The notes under the pieces were generated by a model that was given only the letters and a program-made list of their open reading frames with translations, was not told the DNA's origin and searched no databases. A stretch of DNA of 64,000 nt from the NCBI RefSeq assembly GCF_006345805.1, contig NC_043004.1, positions 84,258,001 to 84,322,000 on the forward strand. The letters run 5' to 3'. Positions 12,961 to 25,689 of this stretch are shown here, piece after piece. Source of the stretch: Octopus sinensis. Its lineage: Eukaryota. Numbering within the stretch: position 1 is the stretch's first letter; every line of letters starts with the position of its first letter. The translations under genes and the position numbers were made by a program.

Positions 12961-13541
12961 ACTTTAAACTCGGCAACACCTAACGTTACAACCAGCTACT
13001 GATTTGCAGTAACTTCTGCAGGAACACGCATTCATAATTCAATAATTATTAGTCTTGTTAATAGTCTTTCATACACATGAAAGTTCCTCGTCACTGCCAA
13101 CCACCTTGGTAACACTATTTTAAAACACAACTTTGTTAAACATACTAATATATTAAACATATTTATATATTGAAAGCTTCATAATCTCCCCATGAATTTA
13201 TATAAGTTTTCCAGGGCAATAAACAAGGTTAAATCACACTTCTGTAGACTATTTTACAGCGTCGTCTAGATTTTGATAGTAGCGATAACTGAATGACATA
13301 GAGAGTTTTATCTTTTACATTTATCTCAGCATTTTCACCAATATCAGATGTTTTCACCCACTATAGAACGTTCAGCTATCTGAAAAATCGATAAATCATA
13401 TATTTATGAAACTTCAAATGTAATTAAATAAGATATCAACTTTCATCATTGCTGAAAGTTAAAATGCTATTTTATATTGAAAACTTTCAGTTCCCTCCAC
13501 TATACATACATACATACATACATACATACATACATACATGT

Positions 13542-13585
<44 letters not shown>

Positions 13586-13589
13586 ATAT

Positions 13590-13653
<64 letters not shown>

Positions 13654-13865
13654 TATACATAGCTCAGTGTGTGTGCGTGTGTATATATATATACACATAT
13701 GAGATTTAATAGAAGTCCATCCATAATATTTGCAATATTTCTTGCTAAATCCCTAAATTTAAAGTTACTTCTTTCATATCCATCTTATTAAATACATTCG
13801 TTTGGAATAGCTTCTGTGTTTCATTTTCAATTCTTGCTTTACTGAACACTAAACGTAATATATAG

Positions 13866-13946
13866 GTTGTCATGCTCAACTCGTGGCCAGAAATAGCGAA
13901 CTGCCAATACGCCATCTCTTACAATTTCTAAGAATACATTTTTTAG
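13866..13946 (+). CDS. Candidate exon D (CHAQLVARNSELPIRHLLQFLRIHFL)
   Basis: AG-free pyrimidine-rich ~55 nt before tatatag|; donor TTAG|gtatat; 81 nt, phase 1 to 1. Joins exon E to read ...FLRIHFLDNFKWNR... Confidence 0.45.
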
Positions 13947-14863
13947 GTATATGCTCCCGAATTCACATATACATATACATGAATAGATATGTAACCTAGC
14001 CATTGCGATTATTTCGTTTGTGAATAGGGTATGTATACCAATACATTGCATTTTACAATGTAGCTGGAAATTTGTTGCAATTTGAAGCCAAGGAATATTT
14101 TAGACAGAGAAGCCTTTCATAGGAAAACCATCAGGTGCATTGTCTAAACCGAAAGCAAACTATTTAAGCTTATATATTTGTCCTATCATGGATCTACGAA
14201 ACAGCTTCGAGAAACAAAGCAGAAACTTTTTTATAAGTTTAGTAAGAAAATTTTATTAACGCTTTTTGGTGCTGAGTCTAATTTCAATGTCAAATATTAA
14301 TTTTTCCCTAGATGAAAAAGTAAGATGATATCATTTTAAAATATATTTTAAGATTCATATATACAATATTTATGTCTAGCCTTGCATAATAGAATATTCA
14401 ATAGATTAAATGAATCTTTTGACACAGGTAAAATAGAAAGTGAGATAAATATAATAGATAAAATATCGGCTATCATTATATTATCTTTTAATCATGATGT
14501 AGACGGCACATTAAAATATGTAGTCTCCAAAGAGTGATACAATGCCTTCGAAGAGGTTCATTGATTAAAAAGACATCGTTTCAAAATCAGTATTTATATA
14601 TGCATAGTAGCTTAATTTCATCCGTCATACCATCAATACGTACATGTACATATACAGGCAAATATACTTGCGTACGCCTATATTTTTAGGGATAAGATTA
14701 TTTATTAGAAAGAACTACAGCGTATGCTCAAATAGAATAAAACTTTTAAATTCATAGTTTTCTGTGAAAGTAAATTTAATATATTATTTTATTGAAGGCT
14801 TACAATTGGGGAGCAATCAAGTATGAGGATACGTACATATATTTTGTACATACATACACCACG

Positions 14864-14903
<40 letters not shown>

Positions 14904-14923
14904 GATAATTAGGTATGCATAAG

Positions 14924-14973
<50 letters not shown>

Positions 14974-15641
14974 CTCATAGGTTATGAGATGTAATGGTGA
15001 TATTGAGACCCCACCCCTTTATCTCCCCACTCCTACTTTCAAATAATCTCCACTGACCATAAAATAGTACATTTTCTGATATCTATATCTTTGTTTACCT
15101 TTTTTTCTTTTTTCCTGCTTTCATTTATTCCTCTCTTCCTGTTTTTTGTTTATATTTTTATGTATTATTTTGTTCTTTTATTATTTTTCTTCTTAAATTC
15201 TTCTCCTTATTCTCTCTTTTTCTCTTTCTCCGTTCCTCTCTTCGTTTCCGATTTGACCCTACTAATATAGTCCCTATGTTTAGGTCACTTTAAACGCAAC
15301 TCTGGATTCAATAACAAGGTGTATAAGTTCTACACTTGGAATGACCAATTTTAAATTCTATTGAATCTTACTCATAAGGTATTGGAATATTATATGTATA
15401 CCATTCTGCCTAGAAAAATGAACCTACAAATGGAATAACCCTACATATATCACATCAATTTTCTTTTATTTCCTCCACCTCACTCTCTATTTTATATCTT
15501 ATCTAAATTAACTATTTCTTAACCATTCTCTCATACCGTCTCCGTTGAAGGGATATAATAAATATCCTGCAAACAGCTGTAAGACCTGTCTTTAAAGGTT
15601 CTAAAATCTACACACCCTTGCTTTTATCAAATTACGAATGA

Positions 15642-15676
<35 letters not shown>

Positions 15677-16393
15677 ATATTAGAAAATACCCCCATTCTT
15701 TGAACGGTTTGTATAGGTGAAGAGGGCTAACTGGGACGGTGATAGGTTGATGATTGTATGGGGTTGTTACTTTTGGTTAGGGCGAAAGCGATCTTTTGAT
15801 GAATGAACCATTTCTTATTTTACTTATTCGGCAGTGCAATGTGAACTTGCCAAGCGGACTAATGGAAGTTAAGGGTGGTTCCACGACATAACTCAAAATG
15901 AAAAGAAACTTGAAACGAAACAAGCCAGCAATGTAGAAGCAGTAAAATTATTGTATAGACTTGATAGAATTGATATAAAAATAAACTGATCTTAATAATG
16001 TTGATATGTTCAGCCTGTTTAATGAATGAATACCGAACATTGGTTGATTAATTTTTATACAGCTGTAAAAGCTTATGGAGTATGTATTACAAAGAATCCG
16101 ACAATTCTGCCTATTATGTAGTTTGAATAAGAAAATGTAACGAGAAATTGAGTTTATTAACCCCAATATTTTAACAGTTTTAAGAGCAATCAATTTTTTA
16201 CTTTTTTTCTTTTTTGCTGAATTAAAATGGTTGCCTTTTCTCATAGTTTTTCATGTCAGCTGTAAAGGTGAAGAAGGTTAAATTGAAGGGTGTCACGTAG
16301 TGGCGATGATTTGTGATTGTATGTGGTGGTTACGTTTGCCTGTTTCTTCTCAATTAACATAATTGATTGATAACGAATCCTCACAAAATATAG

Positions 16394-16530
16394 ACAATTT
16401 CAAATGGAATCGGACATTATACATAACCTTAAACTTTTTGCACTCAATCATACATCATCTTGACACCTATACGACAGGCTTAGCGCTGTTTTATCTCCGA
16501 AATGCGTATTGCAGGCTCTTATGTATCCAT
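16394..16530 (+). CDS. Candidate exon E ([46 protein letters not shown])
   Basis: First AG after a long AG-free zone (aatatag|), donor CAT|gtatga; 137 nt open frame, phase 1 to 0. Confidence 0.45.
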
Positions 16531-16580
16531 GTATGAATAATAAACGAGTTATAAGCGAAGTAATAGACATACAGAACGGG

Positions 16581-16845
<265 letters not shown>

Positions 16846-17346
16846 TCACATACACGCACATACACATATATATGCATATATGATTGACTGCTAGCACCAA
16901 GATTTATTATTCCCTCTCTGTATATTCTTCGTATTTCTTTCTTACAATTCTTATTCCAAATCATCAAAATTATTACCTTCAATTCTTAATTTCACATCAT
17001 ATACTTTACTACGCGCGTTTAATGAAAACATATTCCTCGATATTGCTGATATAGAATGTCACTAATTACAATACCATATTAAAATGATTATAATGCCAAT
17101 CTTCAGGTCTAGCTTATATGGACTTACTTTTCTATTTCCATCCTGAATAAAAACATGACAAACTAAAATTATATAACTGGAAATTGTTGGAATAATTTTA
17201 TATTATTACGGAGATGTACTCGCATAGCAAGTAATTTGATCTGAGATCGTGTGCTGAAACGAAAACAATTGCAGCGTGGAAGGTGTTTATAAGCCATTTA
17301 AGAAACACACAAAAGCCGTTCGATTCACTTCAACATTTAAGTTTAA

Positions 17347-17395
17347 TTTGTCAAAATATTTTCGTCGCTAAAATCCGCGACCTGTTCACTGACAA
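17347..17395 (-). ncRNA. Hammerhead-like motif, G3-C8 core variant (left arm)
   Basis: Minus strand TTGTCA GTGAACA G GTCGC-GGATTTTA-GCGAC GAAA ATAT T T TGACAAA. Confidence 0.65.
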
Positions 17396-17413
17396 GGAGA
17401 TGCAGCACGGATT

Positions 17414-17463
17414 TTTGTCAGTGAACAGGTCGCGGATTTTAGCGACGAAAATATTTTGACAAA
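17414..17463 (+). ncRNA. Hammerhead-like motif, G3-C8 core variant (right arm)
   Basis: Stem I TTTGTCA/TGACAAA; core GTGAACA 17421-27; extra G; stem II GTCGC/GCGAC; GAAA 17447-50; palindromic stem III AATATT; triplet UUU. Confidence 0.68.
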
Positions 17464-18214
17464 TTAAACTTAAATGTTGAGGTGAATCGAACGACTTTTG
17501 TGTGTTTCTTAAATGGCTTATAAACACCTTCCACGCTGCAATTGTTTGTAAATAATAAACAAAAATGTGGAATAAAAGTAGGTAAAAGAAATATTAGTAA
17601 AAAGAAATGTTAACTTATCTGTTTGGTAATGTTCTCTATCAGCAATCCTATAATGCAACAGTGAGGACTACTTTCGGGGGAGGGGTCGATAATTATTATT
17701 GACATTTAAATCTTCTTAAAAGTTATTTTCTATTATTTATGATAATAAATCTGGAGAATGTTAATATGAATTAAGTTTGGTATGTCTTTATGTAGGATGT
17801 AAATAGGAAAATAACTTCATATATAGTAGACCTGGAGATTGACAATATAATCATTTTAATATGGCATTGTATTTAGAGACATTCTATTTCAGCAATATCG
17901 AGGAATATGTTGTCATGAAACTTTCGTAGTAACGTATTTGGTTTGAAATAAAAATTGAATGTATTAATTTTGATAATTTGGAATAAGAATTGTAAGTATT
18001 AATTTTGATAATTTTAATATTTAGTCTTGTGTGTACCTAATGTGGATAACGTCATTCAATGATGATTGACTTGCTTAAGGGGAATTCTGTCGCTTAAACC
18101 TATATGTATGTATGTCTATAATAGAGTGATTAATTCATTTTAGTACCCCTAAATTGAACTTCTCTCACCTGTGGACTCAGTAACAACAACTTCCCTAATA
18201 TTAATATTAATCAT

Positions 18215-18384
<170 letters not shown>

Positions 18385-18897
18385 ATGTATGGTTTGTCTG
18401 CATGTATGCATCACGCATATTTATATATGCATACGGTTAAAGGTTGGAGAAGTCGTATTTAATTCTTTAACTATAAAGAATACGTGGTGTTCACTTCTAT
18501 TCCTTTCTGTCCCACTCGACAAATTACTTTCCGTGACTTATAAGCTGTGATCTTCTCGATGTATTTAATCTCATCAGAATTTAAACCCGTGAGTATGGTT
18601 TTCAGTAAAATGTGACAAATATTTAACTGTGGTATATAACACGAAAATAAAAATAATAAATCCTAGCAGGAGATACGTGACTAAAACAAAATGAGAAATT
18701 TAACTAACAGCACAACTGAATATCAAACAGTTTGTGAGTTTTGATATAACATGCAAAATATAAAAACCCTGTGTATACGCGTGTACACGGTTGTGTGTTT
18801 GATCTGTGAATGCGTGCCTGCTACAGGGCGTGAGCTCGCTGTAAATCTGTTTTCGTGTTTGATCAAACTAACGATGCTTTTCTCTGTTCATCTACAG

Positions 18898-18969
18898 AGG
18901 TTACACCTACTTGTCTCCAAATCTTCAAGGAAAATAAAAGTTACCGACATAGACACAACAGCACTCTAA
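18898..18969 (+). CDS. Candidate (possibly terminal) exon F (RLHLLVSKSSRKIKVTDIDTTAL*)
   Basis: Strong acceptor ttttctctgttcatctacag|. The phase 0 frame ends in TAA at 18967-69. The phase 1 frame is also open to 19061, so the frame is unresolved. Confidence 0.33.
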   Translation, partial: RLHLLVSKSSRKIKVTDIDTTAL

Positions 18970-19374
18970 AAAAAGACGATATTCGCACTAGTAATTTGAA
19001 AATTGCAAGAAATTTACGCCTATATTTCATTCATCCTGTGCCTGACATGGAACTACAATAAAACCTTATTCTAAAGAACATATGCAATTTTATTCTGGCA
19101 CATGGCATCATAATCAAAGCAACGAAATGAGACATTTTGGTACGAGAAAGTTCATGTCTTGAATTACAATTTAAAAAAGAGAAAAATGAATCAATGTGGG
19201 TAAGTATGTATATGTTTGTGTGCATATGAATCTGTGTACGTATACATGTGTGTATGCATGTATGTATGTATGTATGTATGTAAGCATGTATACAAAATAC
19301 ATATATACCTACATATATATATACCTTATACATAAATATATATTTACACACACATACACATGCATACATTCATA

Positions 19375-20160
19375 CATCTCTGACAATCCTGTCTCCTTTC
19401 TCGACATTCTTCACTGAACTCTCACCACCTCCATCCACTACAAAAACACACAGATTCACACTCATACGTCAAATTTCTTTCCTCCCACTCGGCTCGTTCC
19501 CCTGCTCCCGCCCACGCTGCTGCATTTGCCCTTATATCTCCAGCACCACCCACCTCACCGGCATCCATTATCGACCCTATCATATCACTAACTCCTTCAC
19601 CTGCACTTCTAGCGACGTCATCTACTACATCTCCTGCTTTCTCTCTACCATTCTCTATACATCGGTCAAACGGGACGCCGGTTGGGGAAACGGTTCGCGG
19701 AACACTTCCGAGACATTCAACTAGGCAATGACATCCCGGTAATTTTTCCGCACCACCGGTCACTCTTTGCAGCGCCTGTCTATGTTCGGATTGTCCTTGC
19801 ACAGGAGACATACGGACTCCCGTTTTTGCCGTGAACAGGTATTATTCTTCACTCTTCGCTTCTTTGCGCCACTTGGGCTCAGCTCTCCTCTTTCCTCTCT
19901 TCCCTTGACACCTACTTCCTCCCACCAACTATCCTCTTGTTCCAACTCCTACCCTACTCTTCACTCCTAACCAATTTCTTCATTTTTCCCAACTTCATCT
20001 TCATTCTATCGTTACACCACCTGTGTGACCCCTCTGTCCGGCATTCGCCATGATAGATCACTAGCCACTACACATTCTATATTTTCTCTCCCTGTTTCTT
20101 TCTATGTCCCTTTCTTTGGAAAAGCGTAGGATCGATAAGCTAAACACATTTTCCACTTTC
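19375..20160 (+). mobile_element. Penelope-like element 3' part (RT thumb plus GIY-YIG), internally deleted
   Basis: SDNPVSFLDI, LTTSIHYK..TDSHSYVKFLSSH, then PCSRPRCCICPYISS...FTCTSSDVIYYISC...YIGQTGRRLGKRFAEH (GIY-YIG), LSMFGLSLH...REQVLFFTLRFFAPLGL. Confidence 0.88.
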
Positions 20161-20207
20161 CGAGAGTTAAACTAATACATCTGTATATATATATATATAA
20201 TATATAT

Positions 20208-20250
<43 letters not shown>

Positions 20251-20967
20251 TAGCTGTTTTTCTCCGTTTCACCGGGGTAGTTTAGTTAATGTTGCTCTAA
20301 AATCGGCCATCTTCAAAATATTTACCTCCATTTTGTAAGCAAACACAAAAAATAAAGGTTAAAAAACAAAATATTTTAAGAAAAAATTAACAAAAAAAGA
20401 AAAAAAACGAAATTAATAAAAATGTTAAGTTGCCGATAGCTGTAGCAACTGGAAGGTCTCAGCAAACACACACACGCACTCACGTTCACATACGCCCTTT
20501 TTACATATACACATATATTCACAGAGTTGAAACGCTGTTTGATTTATTTTTTCAGCTTGATTTATTTTTTCATCCGTCTACAAAGTATGTAATCACTCCC
20601 TCCTCCCTTATTCATCTATCATCCCTTCCTTTCTCATACATAAACACACGATTATTTTTATTGCAGAATATCTCTGTGACCATGGGAGGTATGAAAAATA
20701 CAACGCCATCGCTCCTTCCTTCCTTATTCCTCTACCACATTTTTCTTTCTCATTCAGAAATACAGGAGTATTATTTTAGTAGATTATCTAGGTAACCATG
20801 AGAGGTATGAAAAAATACAAAGCCCAGCATCACCACCGGATGATTCTATACATCTGTGAAATCTTTTGCGCAATTCAACCCATACGTTTGACTTTGAATC
20901 CGAAGACAAGAAAGAATCGCGCATGTCAAATTTATATGTATAGATATGCATATATATATATATATAG

Positions 20968-21027
<60 letters not shown>

Positions 21028-21216
21028 CATATATATATGCATATATATATACATATATATATATGCATATATATATATATACATATGCATATATATATGT
21101 ATATATAAACACATACATATTTACATACATATGCATACGTTTGTGAGTATATATATGTGTATATATTTAAATACTTACATGCATACACACACACTTATAC
21201 ACACATATATAAGAAT

Positions 21217-21555
21217 GACGAGAGGGTACTGAAAAGGAAACGAAGTTATTTTATTCAATTAGTTTTATATGTTTACTCGTTTATCGCCTTCAAAGTATTC
21301 CCCATCAGAAGCAATACATCGGTCCAGAGTCGTTTTTAACTATCCGATTCAGTCCTGGAACTCTTGCGAAATTATGCTTTTTACCATCTCAGTCGTATTT
21401 TCCTTCCCCAATCTCACAGCTGCAAAACAATTTGCTGTAACGACATATTTTTTTATTCGGAAAACAACAAAAACAAACACTAAATTCGCCGGAAGCGAGA
21501 TCGGGTGAACGGGGCGGGGCTGATGTACAAGTACTTTTAGTCCAAAACCGTATCA
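21217..21555 (-). mobile_element. Internally deleted mariner remnant
   Basis: Minus strand RLGKENTTEM (like the N-terminal KLGKSATET) joined to CIASDGEYFEGDK (mariner C-terminus). ACGAGAGGGTACTGAAAAG at 21218 resembles a mariner TIR. Confidence 0.55.
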
Positions 21556-22059
21556 CACGCAAGGCGCTGTGCGCAGGTGCTTTGTCGTTATGATAATAGC
21601 AAAATATTCAACGATGTAAATGAAAGCGCATTTCGAGTATAATAGAGTACACACAATATACACCCATCCATATCTAACTATATATAAAAATGTCCATCGA
21701 TATTGAATGAAAATGTTGAACAACACTTTCTGTTAAAGATATTCTGGATTAAAAAAAAGTCTTAAAAATATGAATATTTCGACCATTAGTATTACATACT
21801 TCAAATATGATTCAAGGCATAAATTATTTATTGGAGAATCAAGTAAATAACTGATATTGAGATACTACAAGATGAAAAGTTCAGTTTGTCCGTGTATATG
21901 AATCAAAACCTATGCATATTTTATGACACACATAGAGCTTCATAAAAATATATACATGCGTGTATGAGTATATATCAATAGTGTTTACGTAAGTGTGTCT
22001 GTGTATTAATGCATATACAAAGACATATGTATGTGTATATACGTATATATATATATATA

Positions 22060-22418
22060 TCAACGTGATCACCGTGACCGACCTGGCTATCAGATGTTGC
22101 TACACATCGCTGGTCACAATTCGCTTCCCATTGTTTTAGCCTTCAAATGATGCCACAGCGCTGGCTAAGCGAGCAGGCCAACAGAAGAAAGAGTGACAGA
22201 AAGTTGTGGCGAAAGAGTAGAACAGGGTCGCCACCACCCCCTGTCGGAGCATCGTGGGGTTTTCAAGTGTTTTCGCTCAATAAACACTCACAAAGAAAAC
22301 ATGAAAACGCACACATAAAACTACATGTATATCGACATAAGTATCAATATACATACAAACCACGCGATCCTACGACCGAGAGTCCGCTGCCCTTACCATT
22401 GGACTATTGCGTCTCTAC
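22060..22418 (-). mobile_element. tRNA-head SINE, family C
   Basis: Minus-strand head ...GGTAAGGGCAGCGGACTCTCGGTCGTAGGATCGCG is shared with 28925-29003, 31782-32122 and 46487-46600. Confidence 0.75.
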
Positions 22419-22427
22419 ACACACGCA

Positions 22428-22462
<35 letters not shown>

Positions 22463-22574
22463 TATATATATATATATATCTGTATCTATATATGTATATA
22501 TATATATGTGTGTGTATATATATGTATGTGTATATAAATATATATATATATGTATATATACATGTATATATGTA

Positions 22575-22622
<48 letters not shown>

Positions 22623-22984
22623 GCATATATGCATATATACATGCGTATATGTACATACTCACATATATACTTTATTAAAAAGCTGTAAAAAATATCACAA
22701 AAGCTGTTAATCAGAGTTTCACGGCCTCGTTCTTTGGACAGATTTGTTTAGAATGGAACAAAAATAGGGTTATAAGTAAACATATGCATTTAGTTCAATG
22801 GATAGACATTTGAAAATGATCATGTTTTATTGGTCCTTTCGACTAACAGTCTTTACAATGACCGGTTGCATGCAATAAATGTAGTTCGGTATAAAATCAT
22901 TTTATTATAAAATCGAAGAATACCTTGGATCAAAAATAGCTTATAAAGATGGACAATGTTTAAATACCCGGGGTAAATAATTAT

Positions 22985-23270
22985 TTGTAAAAGATTGCTG
23001 ACCAAAGTTTTCCGGTTCCAGCAAGACAATGCCCCAGAACACAATGCGCTTGTTGCTCAGATGAAAGCACACCCCTGCGGTAATGAATTCCTTTCCCATC
23101 CCCTTTACCATCTCAACCTCTGACGTTCATCTCTTTCCAACCATGAATTATTTTTGGGAAGGGGAAGCACTTTTCAGATAATGATGAACTTATTTCCGAA
23201 ATAAGGAGTTGGCTCTAGATGCCATATACCGTTTTCTGCAGCTGCATAAAGCGATGTGGGAATTTATATC
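22985..23270 (+). mobile_element. mariner DD34D transposase fragment (pseudogene)
   Basis: FQQDNAPEHNALVAQMKAH...FLSHPLYH...SDVHLFP...GKHFSDNDELISEIRSWL, with frameshifts. Matches the mariner HDNARPH / HPPYSPDL / GKxF motifs. Confidence 0.82.
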
Positions 23271-23389
23271 GCCATTAGTATGTGGAGGACTAACCCCAAT
23301 TTACGTTTATCCCAGTCCTTGAGAAGTGAGGAAGGTGAAATCTAAAATTAATATATATATATATATATATGTGTGTGTATGTATGTATG

Positions 23390-23423
<34 letters not shown>

Positions 23424-23432
23424 TGTATTATG

Positions 23433-23463
<31 letters not shown>

Positions 23464-23479
23464 GGATGTGTGTGTATGT

Positions 23480-23690
23480 GTGTGTTTGAGTTTCTCTGTT
23501 TGTACATCTCAACTTCGCTTGACAACCTATGCTGGTGCGCTTACGTCCCCGTAACCTAGCTTTTCGGCAAAAAGGCATCGTTAGGATAAATACTAGGGTT
23601 ACAATGAAGCAGTCATGGGGACGATTTACTCGACGAAAAGGCGGTGCTCCAGCATGGCCGCGGTCAAATAACTGAAAGAAATGAAAAAAA
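23480..23690 (+). mobile_element. SINE family A, 3' half
   Basis: CGCTTGACAACC...GGCGGTGCTCCAGCATGGCCGCGGTCAAATAACTGAAA. Confidence 0.85.
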
Positions 23691-24611
23691 TACAATAATA
23701 TTTCGTTTTTGGATTTGGTTTGCACGATTCTTTATATTTTTATTTTAGGAAAAGAAAAATATAAAATAAGTAGAAAATGACTGCCCCCAGACACAATAGA
23801 ATACAAAAATATGATTATGAAAAATACAGTAATATAGTGAAGAAGAAATCAGCTTCAATAGGAAATGAGACAAAACTTGATTTGTCCGCGGTAAGAGATC
23901 AAGCATAAAATAAATACAAAAATTATAGTAAATTGAAAGAAAATTTAATTCGTATCTAACTTTTCAAATACAATGTTGTGGCTATGAGAAAGGGTCACAC
24001 ATATATAAAAATATTGGTATTAAAGGAAAGTGAGCTAACCTGTGAACAAAAACTGATTTAAAATTAAACGGAAAGAGCATTTGAGAGAACGAAGTAAAGC
24101 GAATTTCCACTCGAAATGAAATACACACAATGAGAGGCCACGCAAAGGTTTTTATGCCGAATTATTTCAAAACTTATTAAATTAACTTAGTAGTACTGAA
24201 TCAGACAATAGGAGAGATTCTCTGGATTAGAAATAAATAAAATAGAATATATAAAACAAAGTTATCAATTTAAAGTTCGTCTCAGCGAATGAATTGTAAC
24301 TGCTTTCGTTAAAAGCTCAAGAAAATAGCCTCTGACCGCTACGAACGTCTGAATAGAAAGTGAATTTTGGCTGCGTTGGAAGCAATGTATAAGATCTAAT
24401 TCAGAACTAACGACGTTCTGCGCAGCAACAACTATCGATCCCCTGTTTTGAAGGGAAACAAGAACGGAAATATCGTGAATTATTGATTTATTTGTTTGTT
24501 ATACTCTACTCGCATGCATAAAATACATAGATTTATACATATATATACACACACACATACATGTATATACATATATATATTTATATATATATATATAATT
24601 ATATATATATG

Positions 24612-24664
<53 letters not shown>

Positions 24665-24740
24665 ATATATGGATATATATTTATTTGTATACATATATAT
24701 ATATGTATGTATGTATATGGATATATATTTATTTATATAC

Positions 24741-24777
<37 letters not shown>

Positions 24778-25424
24778 TGTATGTATGCGTGTGTGTGTGT
24801 GTGTGTGTATAGAAACATGTATGTATATTTGACTACATTTTCCAGTTGTGTGTTTCTATACAATTAGATTTGCCTGTCTAAATGCGGATATGTGTTTGTG
24901 GGCATTTGCATGTTTCTGTCTGTGTGTATGAGTTTTTATATGTGTGTGTATGTGTGTGTGTATGTATGTGTGTATATATGTGTGTACATTATCCGATATG
25001 AGCATATGTGTCGGTGTGAAGCATCGTTCGACTTTATTCGTAATGTGCTTGCAGCAGGAGCTGGGTGAAGAGTCAAACCCGAAGGTTAACTATTTGCAGT
25101 TTGATTGTCGTTTCATTGTTATCGGACATCGCAGACAATTTTAGTGTAGCGCATAAAGATTCCTACATAAACATACTTGCATATTTATGTTGATATATGT
25201 GCATTCACACACACATTCTTACATGCATGCATAAATACATATATATCTGTATATACATGTATATATACATTTATCTCTATCTGTTTCTATACTTGCAGAC
25301 ACACACCGACACACACATATGTATATACATATATAAATGCGGATATGTGCGTGTGTGAATATAAATATTGAGTGAGGCCGAGAGGCAAGAAGACAGGGAG
25401 ACAGCCAGAGACAGTTATATATGA

Positions 25425-25470
<46 letters not shown>

Positions 25471-25524
25471 ATCTGCCTGCGCGCGTGTGTGTTTATCAAT
25501 ATATATATATTATATATATATATA

Positions 25525-25561
<37 letters not shown>

Positions 25562-25598
25562 TATATCTATCTATCTATCTATCTATCTATATGTATAT

Positions 25599-25656
<58 letters not shown>

Positions 25657-25658
25657 GT

Positions 25659-25689
<31 letters not shown>

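Larger units (their letters stand above)
17205..17547. mobile_element. Palindromic non-autonomous element, copy 1 (58-nt unique tail plus 133-bp inverted arms, 19-nt spacer)
   Basis: Arms 17263-17395 and 17415-17547 differ at 2 of 133 positions. A second copy lies in opposite orientation at 48531-48878. Confidence 0.9.
17020..17925. mobile_element. Old fold-back/MITE with ~165-bp inverted repeats, interrupted by a younger palindromic element
   Basis: 17020-17185 is an imperfect reverse complement of 17760-17925 (about 80% identity by eye), for example ACATATTCCTCGATATTGCTGA / TCAGCAATATCGAGGAATATGT. Confidence 0.75.

Noticed and set aside
21486-21522. Promoter-like ETS (CCGGAAG) and GC box (GGGGCGGGGC)
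   Set aside because: They lie inside the 5' part of a mariner remnant, with no associated first exon.
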